From Crocinitomicaceae bacterium (GTDB taxonomy: Bacteria > Bacteroidota > Bacteroidia > Flavobacteriales_D > Crocinitomicaceae), in the NCBI GenBank assembly GCA_029238665.1, contig JAQWFQ010000014.1, forward strand, positions 207,339 through 271,338: DNA of 64,000 bases, given 5' to 3'. The translations under genes were made by a program, and so were the position numbers. Positions 21,118 through 30,616 of the stretch are shown one piece after another. Under the pieces are notes generated by a model. It saw only the letters and a program-made list of their open reading frames with translations, was not told the DNA's origin and did not search any database. The stretch's first letter is position 1. Each line of letters starts with the position of its first letter.

Positions 21118-23549
21118 TACCTTAGTTGAGCGTTCAATTTAGCTTCAAGTTGAGCTCTAATTTTAACCATTACAGCATCGACTTGCTTGTCTTTTAATGT
21201 TTTTTCAGCATCCTGAAATTTAAACGAGACAGCATATGATTTTTTTCCGTCTTCAAGGTTCTTACCCTCATAAACATCAAACAAGCCTACCTCCTTAAGT
21301 AGCTTACGATCACAGTTTTTAGCAATCTCTTCAATTTCTGAAAAGTTTACTTTTGAATCCAGTAATAATGAAAAATCCCTTCGCACTGCAAATGTTTTTG
21401 GTAGCTCCGAAAACTTAATCTTCGTGAATTTTAAACTATCAATAATTGTGTCCCAATCAAGATCTGCAACGAATACGTCATTTTTAATCCCAAAATATTT
21501 TTTCATTTGAGGTGACGCCCAACCAATTTCACCTACTTTGTTTTTTAGTACATAAAGTGAAACCCCGTCTTGTAACAATGAGTTCTTAAGCGCTTTTTCT
21601 TTAAGCATCCCATCCATTCCAAGGCGTTTAAAAAGTGCTGTGGCAACTCCTTTGGCCGTGTAGAATGAATACATTTCTTTCGTTGAGTTCCAACTTTCTT
21701 TTTCTTTACGTCCAGTTAAAGCTATAATCAATCGCTTATTTTCAGAAAACTCGGCATCAAACTTATGATACGTCTTACCGTATTCGTATAATTTTAAGTC
21801 TGAATTTTGCCGGTTTTGATTGTGTGCAACCATTTCCATCATGTTAAACAACAATGATTGACGCATAACATCAAGATCCTTACTTAATGGATTTAACATT
21901 TCAACGTTGCGCTCAGCACGAACAACATCACCTCCTAATTTTATTGAATACTCTGATTTTGTCAATGAATTATTCAAAGCCTCAGAAAAGCCCATTCCAA
22001 TCAGCATCTCAGAAATAACATTTTGAACCTTCTCAATGTCAGGCTTAATAAATCGAGTAATTGAAGAGTTTAATTTTGCTGGAATTGGAACATTATTAAA
22101 TCCGTAAATCCGAAGAACTTCCTCAACAACATCAGCCTCGCGTGTAACATCTACACGGTATGCTGGGATTTCTAATTCCAATTCAGTGCCATTGGTTGAA
22201 TGAATTTTAATGTCTAGATTTTCAAGAATGTCATTCACCATCTCAACGGTTAAATTATCTCCAATTAATTTATTGCACCGTTCATAATCAAATGAAACAA
22301 TCTTATTTTCGATAGGCTTCGGGTTAGTGTCAACCACATCCATACTTACCTTTCCACCTGCTACTTCTTGAATTAAAAGTACCGCTCGTTTTAATGCATA
22401 GTCTGTCAAATTTGGATCTACACCTCGCTCAAAACGAAATGATGCATCGGTATTCAACGCAAACATTTTGGCTGTTTTACGAACTGAAACAGGATTAAAA
22501 TATGCCGACTCTAAAAAAATCGTTGTTGTTTCATTTTTAACACCTGAATCTTCTCCACCTAAAACACCTGCAATACATAAGTTTTCTGAACCATTTGTAA
22601 TCATCAGGTTTGATGATGCTAATTTACGATCAACATTATCCAGTGTTTTAAATACCTCTCCATCTTGCGCTGTTTTCACAATCACTTTTCCATCTAATTT
22701 AGTGGCATCAAACGCGTGTAAAGGAGTCCCAAGTTCATGCATTACATAATTTGTAACATCAACTACATTATTAATTGGAGAAAGCCCTATTGACTTCAAA
22801 CGTTTTTGCAACCAAGCCGGTGAAGGAGAAATATTCACGCCTGAGATTGTTACCCCCATATAACGCGGACAAACAGCTTGATTCTCTACAGAAACTGCTA
22901 TCTCTAGTTCATTATTATCAACCTTAAAACGTTCTATTGAAGGAATGTTCAAAGTCAATCCTGCTTTTTTATGAACGTTTAAGTAAGCTACCACATCTCT
23001 AGCTACTCCAATGTGCCCCATTGCATCTGATCGATTCGGTGTTAAACCAATTTCAATCTCATAATCATCTTCAAGGTTGAAGTATGTTGAGGCTGGTGTA
23101 CCCACAACTGCAGAAGTCTCTAGTTCTAAAATACCATCATGTCCTTTTCCTAATCCAAGTTCATTTTCTGCGCAAAGCATTCCCAATGATTCTACTCCGC
23201 GAATTTTTGATTTTTTGATTTTGAACGCTTCTTCTGGGTTAGGCCAAAGTGTACAACCTACTGTGGCCACAACAACCTTAACACCCACGCGTGCATTTGT
23301 TGCTCCACAAACAATTTGAAGTGGCTCACCACCAACAGATACGGTAGTAACTTTTAAACGATCTGCATCCGGATGTGGCTCTGTTGCAAGTATTTCACCA
23401 ACAAAAACGCCTTCTAACCCACCTTTTACAGCTTCAATTTTATGAAGCCCTTCAACTTCTAGCCCTGTATCTGTTAACACCTCACTAATCTCAACTGGAG
23501 ATAGGCTTGTGTCTATATATTGTTTTAACCAATTGTATGAAATCTTCAT
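21117..23549 (-). CDS. pheT: Phenylalanine-tRNA ligase beta subunit
   Basis: 810 aa. Typical MKISYNWLKQYI start, with tRNA-binding, B3/4, B5 and FDX-ACB domain order. Confidence 0.95.
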   Translation of the reverse strand: MKISYNWLKQYIDTSLSPVEISEVLTDTGLEVEGLHKIEAVKGGLEGVFVGEILATEPHPDADRLKVTTVSVGGEPLQIVCGATNARVGVKVVVATVGCTLWPNPEEAFKIKKSKIRGVESLGMLCAENELGLGKGHDGILELETSAVVGTPASTYFNLEDDYEIEIGLTPNRSDAMGHIGVARDVVAYLNVHKKAGLTLNIPSIERFKVDNNELEIAVSVENQAVCPRYMGVTISGVNISPSPAWLQKRLKSIGLSPINNVVDVTNYVMHELGTPLHAFDATKLDGKVIVKTAQDGEVFKTLDNVDRKLASSNLMITNGSENLCIAGVLGGEDSGVKNETTTIFLESAYFNPVSVRKTAKMFALNTDASFRFERGVDPNLTDYALKRAVLLIQEVAGGKVSMDVVDTNPKPIENKIVSFDYERCNKLIGDNLTVEMVNDILENLDIKIHSTNGTELELEIPAYRVDVTREADVVEEVLRIYGFNNVPIPAKLNSSITRFIKPDIEKVQNVISEMLIGMGFSEALNNSLTKSEYSIKLGGDVVRAERNVEMLNPLSKDLDVMRQSLLFNMMEMVAHNQNRQNSDLKLYEYGKTYHKFDAEFSENKRLIIALTGRKEKESWNSTKEMYSFYTAKGVATALFKRLGMDGMLKEKALKNSLLQDGVSLYVLKNKVGEIGWASPQMKKYFGIKNDVFVADLDWDTIIDSLKFTKIKFSELPKTFAVRRDFSLLLDSKVNFSEIEEIAKNCDRKLLKEVGLFDVYEGKNLEDGKKSYAVSFKFQDAEKTLKDKQVDAVMVKIRAQLEAKLNAQLR

Positions 23550-23825
23550 GCTTTATTTTTTTCTTGCAGGACCATATTTAACGCTGCCTTTTCATTGAAA
23601 AATTACCCCCTCTAATACGGAATAAATTCTTGTTAACTTATAGTTTTTCAAACTCCACTCCTTTACAGGATATAAATACTGTACAAAGATATCAAAATCT
23701 ACTCAAAGAGTAAAGTCAACGGAGTAGCAATCACAGCTGCACCCAACTTAATTTACACCTTAATTATTCCGGGGTTTTATTTGAAATAACTCGCTTTTTT
23801 ACGATGTTTAACAAAACTTAGCTTG

Positions 23826-24440
23826 ATGTCTGAGAATCTAATTATTGTTTTTGCGAAAAATAGAACACTTGGAAAAGTTAAAACTCGCTTAGCCAAAACA
23901 ATTGGAGACCACGCTGCACTAGAAGTTTATACCCACCTCTTTAATATCACCCAGCAAGAATCGATTAAAACAAAACATTGCGACCTCCACATTTACTATT
24001 CCGATGTTGCAGAAAAATCTAGCTGGTCTAATGCCGAAGTATTTATTCAAACAGGAGATAATATAGGCGAACGTATGATGAATGCTTTTGATGATGGGTT
24101 TTCAAAAGGATATAAACGCATTGTCGGGATTGGCTCCGACTTGCCCGATTTAAAGTCAGGAATCATGGAAACTGCCCTAAAAGTACTAGAAACATCAGAC
24201 ACTGTTTTTGGTCCTTCTGAAGATGGAGGGTACTACCTTATTGGAATGACTAAATCAATGCCATTTATTTTTCTAAACAAACCCTGGAGTACAGATCAAT
24301 TACTCAATATAACTGTTAAAGAACTCAAAGAGAAAAAATACAGTGTTAAAAAACTAATGACTTTAAACGATATCGATGATATAAACGACCTGAAAAGGTC
24401 ATCAATATCTAAACTGTTTCAACATCTATATTCCCCTTGA
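23826..24440 (+). CDS. DUF2064 / TIGR04282-type putative glycosyltransferase (nucleotide-diphospho-sugar transferase fold)
   Basis: The ORF track starts at TTG 23823 and I prefer the adjacent ATG 23826. The N-terminus IVFAKNRTLGKVKTRLA is typical of this family. Confidence 0.7.
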   Translation: MSENLIIVFAKNRTLGKVKTRLAKTIGDHAALEVYTHLFNITQQESIKTKHCDLHIYYSDVAEKSSWSNAEVFIQTGDNIGERMMNAFDDGFSKGYKRIVGIGSDLPDLKSGIMETALKVLETSDTVFGPSEDGGYYLIGMTKSMPFIFLNKPWSTDQLLNITVKELKEKKYSVKKLMTLNDIDDINDLKRSSISKLFQHLYSP

Positions 24441-24453
24441 GAACTTTGTGGTA

Positions 24454-25419
24454 TTAATAATACGTATTCGTTTCCAAGTAATTTTTTACATAGTCAGTAA
24501 CACCCGCTTCTAACGAATGAAACCCTTTGTCAAAACCAGACTCTACTAACTTAGACATATTCGCTTCGGTAAAGTATTGGTACTTGTCCCTAATATCCGC
24601 AGGTGTATCAATAAAAGAAATAGAATCTTGCTTACCCATTGCCTTAAATGTATTTTTAACAAGGTCTAAAAACGTACGTGCCTTTCCTGAACCTAAGTTA
24701 TAAATACCTGAAGATGGTGGAGTATCCATTAAATAATGACAGACCTCTACAACGTCTTTTACATAAACAAAATCTCTTAATTGCCCTCCATCTGTATAAT
24801 CAGGATTATGGGACCTGAACAACTTCATTGCTCCAGTTTCTCCTATTTGTTTATGGGCATGGAAAATTACTGAAGCCATTCTACCTTTGTGAAATTCATT
24901 TGGCCCGTAAACATTGAAAAATTTAAGCCCTGCCCAAAATGGTGGTAATTCTGTTTGCTCAAGCACCCATTTGTCGAAATCATTTTTAGAATCTCCGTAC
25001 GGATTCAATGGTTTCAATTTAGAAATAACTGCGTGCTCATCTTTGTACCCAAACTCACCTAAACCATACGTTGCTGCAGAACTGGCATAAACCAACGGGA
25101 TGTTAAACGCAACACAAGCCTTCCAAACATCTTTAGAAAAGTTAACGTTTAACTCATCAAAAATAGAGACATCAAATTCTGTTGTATCTGTTCTTGCACC
25201 TATGTGATAAATGAAATCAACCTCTTTACCAAAATCAGCTAGCCATTGAATAAAATCTTTTCTTCCAACCTTAGCTTTGATTGTTTTTCCCTTTAAGTTC
25301 TCTTCTTTTTCTGTTTTAGAAAAATCATCGACAACAATAATATCTTCGTATCCCGATTTATTCAAACGGCTAACGAGACAGCTCCCGATAAACCCAGCAG
25401 CTCCTGTTACTACAATCAT
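24454..25419 (-). CDS. hldD: ADP-L-glycero-D-manno-heptose 6-epimerase-like SDR
   Basis: 321 aa. Has MIVVTGAAGFIGS, YASSAATYG, YGDSK (YxxxK) and FNVYGPNEFHKGRMASVIFH. Confidence 0.8.
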   Translation of the reverse strand: MIVVTGAAGFIGSCLVSRLNKSGYEDIIVVDDFSKTEKEENLKGKTIKAKVGRKDFIQWLADFGKEVDFIYHIGARTDTTEFDVSIFDELNVNFSKDVWKACVAFNIPLVYASSAATYGLGEFGYKDEHAVISKLKPLNPYGDSKNDFDKWVLEQTELPPFWAGLKFFNVYGPNEFHKGRMASVIFHAHKQIGETGAMKLFRSHNPDYTDGGQLRDFVYVKDVVEVCHYLMDTPPSSGIYNLGSGKARTFLDLVKNTFKAMGKQDSISFIDTPADIRDKYQYFTEANMSKLVESGFDKGFHSLEAGVTDYVKNYLETNTYY

Positions 25420-25434
25420 GACAAGGTGTTTTAT

Positions 25435-26049
25435 TTAAAATAATCCGTTAATTTCAGCATCAATAGCATTTATAATCTGACCAAGATCTTCCTGATTTTC
25501 CGGAAAGTTATTACTATCGACGTCTATCACAAGTAACTTTCCTTTGTCGTAGGTTGAAATCCATGCTTCATAACGTTCGTTCAAACGTTTTAAATAATCC
25601 AAACGAATGCTTTCTTCATAGTCTCGTCCTCGTTGTTGGATTTGATTAACCAATGTTGGAACACTTGCGCGTAAATAAATCAATAAATCTGGAGGAGACA
25701 CAAACGAATCCATCAAATTGAATAGCGAAAAGTAATTTTCAAAATCGCGCGTAGTCATCAACCCCATTGAATGCAAGTTTGGTGCAAAAATGAACGCATC
25801 TTCATAAATTGTTCGATCTTGAATTACTGTTTTCTCTGCTTTTTGAATTTCTTGAATCTGAGTAAACCGACTATTCAGATAATAAATTTGAAGGTTGAAT
25901 GACCAACGTTGCATGTCTTCATAAAAGTCATTCAAATATGGATTTTGTTCTACATCTTCGAAATGTGTTTCCCAGTCAAAATGTTTTGCTAACATTCTAG
26001 TTAGCGTTGTTTTACCTGAACCTATATTACCTGCTATTGCGATATGCAT
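25435..26049 (-). CDS. Deoxynucleoside kinase
   Basis: 204 aa. P-loop GNIGSGKTT. The dCK/dGK family block is NPYLNDFYEDMQRWSFNLQIYYLNSRF. Confidence 0.88.
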   Translation of the reverse strand: MHIAIAGNIGSGKTTLTRMLAKHFDWETHFEDVEQNPYLNDFYEDMQRWSFNLQIYYLNSRFTQIQEIQKAEKTVIQDRTIYEDAFIFAPNLHSMGLMTTRDFENYFSLFNLMDSFVSPPDLLIYLRASVPTLVNQIQQRGRDYEESIRLDYLKRLNERYEAWISTYDKGKLLVIDVDSNNFPENQEDLGQIINAIDAEINGLF

Positions 26050-26103
26050 TTTAACTCGTGTTTTGACTGACTAAATTACAAAATTTGCGCTAAGAATCAA
26101 GAA

Positions 26104-26922
26104 TTATTCAGATAATTGAAGTCTATATTTATGAATATTTCCTCCTGATCTCAAATAAAAAAAATGATTCCTATAACAAAGCTCATCAACGTCATCGATA
26201 GGGAGTTCTACACTAAATTCTTCACCGGTAACCAATGACCTAACAGACAACATGTTTTTTGACACTGTAAACAACGTTCTGTCATAAGCATCTAATTGTT
26301 GAATATTTTCTCCAGGTATAAACTCAATCAAGGTTGCGTATAAATCAAAAACATAGATCCCTTTGGATTTATCCAAAACAAATAAGGTATTAGAACGTTC
26401 ACGTATTTGTGTAATATTCGCGACATCAAGAACACCCTGTAAGTTTCCAACTTCTTGATTTTGCTGAACAACTCCTAGGGACAATAAGTGTAACGTTGAG
26501 TTTAAGTTGTCTAAAACCCAGATTTTATTTGGTTGACTGGAACCACACACAAGCTCAGCACTAACAATGTTTTTTCGAGATAAATCAACACAATCATTCA
26601 TTGAAGAAAGTGTATTGTCAAAATAACACAAGGTTTGCTGCTCTTCGGAAAAGTGAATAAGCTTCATTGCATTCATAGGAACAAGGCACGTTGCACCTCC
26701 TAACGACTTAATACTCTGTGAGAACTTCAGACTTCCGAAAGAATCGTATTTATGAATCATTTCTCCCTCTGAGATGTATATATTTTCAAGTAAATCAACA
26801 GTCCACACCTCGTCTTCGTTAACGCTATGCGATCTTATTTTTTCCCATGAATACACGATTGAATCTTGGGAAAAAGATACACTTAAACTTATTGTAAAAA
26901 GCACGAAGATATACTGTTTCAT
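26104..26922 (-). CDS. Exported hypothetical protein
   Basis: 272 aa. Signal peptide MKQYIFVLFTISLSVSFSQ. Lies 14 nt downstream of the GH3-family gene on the same strand. No family recognised. Confidence 0.55.
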   Translation of the reverse strand: MKQYIFVLFTISLSVSFSQDSIVYSWEKIRSHSVNEDEVWTVDLLENIYISEGEMIHKYDSFGSLKFSQSIKSLGGATCLVPMNAMKLIHFSEEQQTLCYFDNTLSSMNDCVDLSRKNIVSAELVCGSSQPNKIWVLDNLNSTLHLLSLGVVQQNQEVGNLQGVLDVANITQIRERSNTLFVLDKSKGIYVFDLYATLIEFIPGENIQQLDAYDRTLFTVSKNMLSVRSLVTGEEFSVELPIDDVDELCYRNHFFYLRSGGNIHKYRLQLSE

Positions 26923-26936
26923 TACACTTATATTAG

Positions 26937-28451
26937 TTACTGAGTACTTGCAATTTGTAAAATTTGTTCCAAAACAACACGATCATTTGATAAACGAGGT
27001 ACTTTATTTTGTCCCCCTAGCTTATTAATTGATTTTAACCACCCATCAAACGTTCCATGTGGGACCTCATGAATAACGGGCTTATCTAAGACCATATTGT
27101 GATAACGTTTTGCATCATAATCGGAATTTAACTCTCGGAGATCTTCATCTAGAATCAATGCGAATCGTTCTATTTCTTTTGGCGTTTTTACAAATTCAAT
27201 AGCCCACTCATGTGCTCCGCGTGCTCCTTTATCCATAAAAATGGGACAAACTGAATACTCTTTTATTTGCGCCCCTGTTTTTTCACATGCCTCAGCAATT
27301 GCAAGCTCTGTGTTTTCAACAATCAATTCCTCGCCAAAACAATTAATAAAACTCTTCGTTCTTCCTGTAATTTTGAACCGGTAAGGTGCTCTACTCGTAA
27401 ACCGTATTGTATCTCCTAGAATATACCTCCAGAGACCACCATTGGTAGAGATAACTACAGCATAATTCTCATCCAAATTAACGCCTTCTATAGAAAGTAC
27501 CGCCTTAGAGTTTACACCATCAAAACTAGACATTGGAATAAACTCAAAGAAAATTCCATAATCCAACATCAAAAGCATTTCATCTGAATTCACTTGATCT
27601 TGAATTCCAAAAAAACCTTCAGAAGCATTATATGTCTCTACGTAGTTCATTTTAGGGTCTGGGATCAATCGTTTAAACTGTTCCCGATACGGCTCAAAGC
27701 TAACCCCGCCATGCATAAACAATTCAAGGTTTGGCCAAACCTCTTTCAAATTAGATTTTCCAGAAATTTCAAGCACCTTATTCGCTAACACCATTGTCCA
27801 ACTGGGTACTCCCGCAATAATATAAACATCTTGTTTAATGGTAGACTCTGCCATGCGTTCAATCTTCTCTTGCCATTCGCTCATCAAAGCTATTTCACGA
27901 GAAGGGGTTCTTCGTATCTCTGCCCACCATGGTAAGTTTTTGACAATGATCGCAGACAGGTCACCAAAATATGAATCTGCTGAAAGGTGATTTATTTGGG
28001 CACTCCCTCCAATAATTAGATGCTTACCGTTGTATAATTTTCGATTGGGGTGATTGTTATAGTACATCGCCAACAAGTCTTTCCCTCCTTTATAGTGACA
28101 ATCTTCTAGAGACTCTTTAGTAACTGGAATTAGCTTACTTCGATCGCTTGTTGTCCCAGAAGATTGAGCAAACCACTTGGTATCTGTTGGCCAAAGTACG
28201 CCTTGGTCACCATTCATTGCTCGATCAATCCAAGGCTGAGTATCTTCATAAGATTGAAGTGGTACCTTTTGAAAATCTGTGTAATTATGAACGGTATTAA
28301 ATCCGTGTGTTTTCCCGAATTCGGTTTGAGTACCGCATTGAATCAAACGCTCAAACACCTCTTTTTGAACCTCGTGTGGATATTTCCGAAAAAGATCTAT
28401 TTGGTGAATCCTCTTTTTCATCATCCAGGCAAAAATTGAATTGAATGGCAT
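26937..28451 (-). CDS. GH3-family (auxin-responsive GH3-like) adenylate-forming enzyme
   Basis: 504 aa. Adenylation motif SSGTTSDRSKLIP. The N-terminus MPFNSIFAWMMKKRIHQIDLF is typical of bacterial GH3 homologs. Confidence 0.85.
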   Translation of the reverse strand: MPFNSIFAWMMKKRIHQIDLFRKYPHEVQKEVFERLIQCGTQTEFGKTHGFNTVHNYTDFQKVPLQSYEDTQPWIDRAMNGDQGVLWPTDTKWFAQSSGTTSDRSKLIPVTKESLEDCHYKGGKDLLAMYYNNHPNRKLYNGKHLIIGGSAQINHLSADSYFGDLSAIIVKNLPWWAEIRRTPSREIALMSEWQEKIERMAESTIKQDVYIIAGVPSWTMVLANKVLEISGKSNLKEVWPNLELFMHGGVSFEPYREQFKRLIPDPKMNYVETYNASEGFFGIQDQVNSDEMLLMLDYGIFFEFIPMSSFDGVNSKAVLSIEGVNLDENYAVVISTNGGLWRYILGDTIRFTSRAPYRFKITGRTKSFINCFGEELIVENTELAIAEACEKTGAQIKEYSVCPIFMDKGARGAHEWAIEFVKTPKEIERFALILDEDLRELNSDYDAKRYHNMVLDKPVIHEVPHGTFDGWLKSINKLGGQNKVPRLSNDRVVLEQILQIASTQ

Positions 28452-28531
28452 GCTGTACTCGAATTAAATTACAAAAAAACCCGTCAATCATAAAGAGAGA
28501 CAGGCTAATTACTTTTAATAAGCTTTTAAGC

Positions 28532-28630
28532 TTATCCAAACATAACAATTGAAACCACCACTGAAATCAAAATGATTGATACAATTGTTCCTAATGCTAC
28601 TGTTGATTTTTCAAAATAATTATCAGCCAT
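28532..28630 (-). CDS. Unannotated 32-codon single-TM small protein (candidate)
   Basis: My translation is MADNYFEKSTVALGTIVSIILISVVVSIVMFG, then stop. An ATG start and a -7 box lie 17 nt upstream. It falls below the ORF-track length cutoff. Confidence 0.35.
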   Translation of the reverse strand: MADNYFEKSTVALGTIVSIILISVVVSIVMFG

Positions 28631-28647
28631 GACCTTGTGTTTTTTAT

Positions 28648-28655
28648 CAAAATTA
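28648..28655 (-). promoter_or_regulatory. -7 promoter box (TAnnTTTG on the minus strand) upstream of the small ORF / GH3 gene
   Basis: Plus-strand CAAAATTA equals minus-strand TAATTTTG. There are 17 nt before the ATG at 28630. Confidence 0.4.
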
Positions 28656-28750
28656 CGCATTTTTTAAAAAAAGAAGCGTGTAAATCTGTACTATTTATTG
28701 AACCTTACATTCAGTTAAAGAAAATGAATTCGATCTACGAAAAAAAGAAC

Positions 28751-29467
28751 TTAATCTCTTCCTCCCATTATTCTCAATAGCGACATGAATAGGTTAATAA
28801 ATAAAATGTAAAGTTGAAGCCCTCCAATTAATGAAAGTTTTGCACGATCCATCTCTGACATCATCTGGTTTTGAGCAATGCCTTTCAACGATTGCATGTA
28901 ATAGGCAGTCAATCCTGTAAAAACAAAAACACCAATAATAGCGATCATTAAACTCATCATGTCGCTTTGGAACCATATGTTTGCGATTCCTGCAATAAAA
29001 ATCCCAATAAAGCCCATATACATCAAGCTTCCGAATTTTGTTAAATCAGTTTTCGTTGTATATCCTAAAACAGCCATTCCCCCGAAGGCTCCCGAAGTAA
29101 CAAAGAATGTTAAAGCAATGTCTTTTCCTGAATACATCAACATTACAGTACTTAAACTTAAGCCCATTAATGCTGAAAAAACAAAAAACAGAATCAATAA
29201 TACAATTAAAGAAAGTCGTTGGTAAGCCATTTGGATGAGTAAGCCCAAGCCTACAGGTGCAAACGAAACAACCCAAAACATTGGACTTAAGCCCGAACCA
29301 TCTGGTTTAACAAAGTTTCGATAGAAAAATTCAGGTGTGCCAGCGTAATATGCTACAACCCCTGAAATGGCCAATGCCGCAAACATATACCCATATACAT
29401 TTTTGAAAAAATCACGTGTTATTGCCTTTGAATAACCTACATTTTCTTGATTAAAAATAGTACTCAT
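28751..29467 (-). CDS. Bax inhibitor-1 / YccA family membrane protein
   Basis: 238 aa with seven hydrophobic helices and a family-typical C-terminal basic tail. Confidence 0.8.
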   Translation of the reverse strand: MSTIFNQENVGYSKAITRDFFKNVYGYMFAALAISGVVAYYAGTPEFFYRNFVKPDGSGLSPMFWVVSFAPVGLGLLIQMAYQRLSLIVLLILFFVFSALMGLSLSTVMLMYSGKDIALTFFVTSGAFGGMAVLGYTTKTDLTKFGSLMYMGFIGIFIAGIANIWFQSDMMSLMIAIIGVFVFTGLTAYYMQSLKGIAQNQMMSEMDRAKLSLIGGLQLYILFINLFMSLLRIMGGRD

Positions 29468-29468
29468 C

Positions 29469-30062
29469 TTAATGTAATTTTGCTTGTATTAAATTAATAA
29501 ACTCTTTACGTGTTGATTCATTTTTCATAAACAACCCTGTAAAAGCACTCGATGTTGTAACTGAGTTTTGTTTCTGCACCCCCCTCATTTGCATACACAT
29601 ATGAGATGCTTCTATAACAACCGCTACTCCTTTTGGGCTCAATGTTCGTTGAATGCAGTCTCTTATTTCTAACGTTAATCGCTCTTGCACTTGTAATCGC
29701 CTAGAATAAGCATCCACAACTCGAGGTATTTTACTTAGCCCAACAATTTTTCCATTCGGAATATATGCAACATGCGCTTTCCCAAAAAAGGGTAACATAT
29801 GATGCTCGCACATTGAATAAACTTCAATGTCTTTAACGATAACCATTTCGGAATACTCTTCATGGAAGATCGCCTGTTTAACAATATCGTCTGGCTCTAG
29901 GTCATAACCATGTGTTAAATATTGCATTGCTTTTGCCATTCTTTCTGGAGTCTTAACTAAACCTTCACGATTTGGATCCTCTCCTATTTGCTCAAGAACA
30001 ACTTTGAAGTTTTCCGATAACGTTTCTGTTATCTCATCACAATATATAATCTCTTCTCTCAT
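29469..30062 (-). CDS. folE: GTP cyclohydrolase I
   Basis: 197 aa. Has CEHHMLPF and the [10 protein letters not shown] block. Confidence 0.93.
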   Translation of the reverse strand: MREEIIYCDEITETLSENFKVVLEQIGEDPNREGLVKTPERMAKAMQYLTHGYDLEPDDIVKQAIFHEEYSEMVIVKDIEVYSMCEHHMLPFFGKAHVAYIPNGKIVGLSKIPRVVDAYSRRLQVQERLTLEIRDCIQRTLSPKGVAVVIEASHMCMQMRGVQKQNSVTTSSAFTGLFMKNESTRKEFINLIQAKLH

Positions 30063-30072
30063 GTTACTTTTA

Positions 30073-30504
30073 TTAAAACGGCTCTGCTCCCCCGAAATAT
30101 TCTACGTAATTGTTCTCCGTTTCAACCAATTTAATTTTAGCCAATTCTCCACCAGCTTTTAGAATTGGCTCTTTAATTCTATCCCAAACCTGTATCAATA
30201 CATTTTCTGTAGATGCCAACATTCCTTTTAAAAAAGGCACATCTAAGTTTAAGTTTTTATGATCCAAAGGTTCAACAACCTCATCTTTTATAATTTGACT
30301 TAAATCCTTTAAGTTAATAACAAATCCTGTATCTGAATTCGGAATACCTTTAACAGTAACATAAATTGTGAAATTATGTCCATGCCAATTTTGATTGCTA
30401 CATTTTCCAAAAACTTCGCTATTTTTCTCTGCTGTCCAATCTTCTCTAAACAACTTATGAGCTGCATTGAACGTTTCTCTACGGGTTATATATACTGTTT
30501 TCAC
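30073..30504 (-). CDS. 6-pyruvoyl-tetrahydropterin / 6-carboxy-tetrahydropterin synthase family protein (PTPS/QueD), paralog 1
   Basis: 143 aa with a GTG start. [11 protein letters not shown] and [13 protein letters not shown] (C-x5-HGH). Sits directly upstream of folE. Confidence 0.85.
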   Translation of the reverse strand: MKTVYITRRETFNAAHKLFREDWTAEKNSEVFGKCSNQNWHGHNFTIYVTVKGIPNSDTGFVINLKDLSQIIKDEVVEPLDHKNLNLDVPFLKGMLASTENVLIQVWDRIKEPILKAGGELAKIKLVETENNYVEYFGGAEPF

Positions 30505-30521
30505 AATTCTAATTTAAAGCA

Positions 30522-30529
30522 CAAATATA
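30522..30529 (-). promoter_or_regulatory. -7 promoter box for the PTPS-folE-BI-1 operon
   Basis: Plus-strand CAAATATA equals minus-strand TATATTTG. There are 17 nt before the start codon at 30504. Confidence 0.45.
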
Positions 30530-30604
30530 ACGAGGAATGGTGAATAAAACATGATTCATATCATTTGATGGTTACATGTATTAGAATACAACTGGAAGGT
30601 TACG

Positions 30605-30612
30605 TATCTTTG
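30605..30612 (+). promoter_or_regulatory. -7 promoter box immediately upstream of the tlyA-like start
   Basis: TATCTTTG, then only 4 nt (CACC) before ATG 30617. Confidence 0.45.
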
Positions 30613-30616
30613 CACC

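Noticed and set aside
23550-23690. Attenuator, T-box or leader peptide in the putative long pheT leader. It includes a mini-ORF, ATGAAAAGGCAGCGTTAA, encoding MKRQR.
   Set aside because: The mini-ORF contains no Phe codons. I could find no terminator/antiterminator pair or T-box specifier features. The promoter assignment giving the long leader is itself uncertain.
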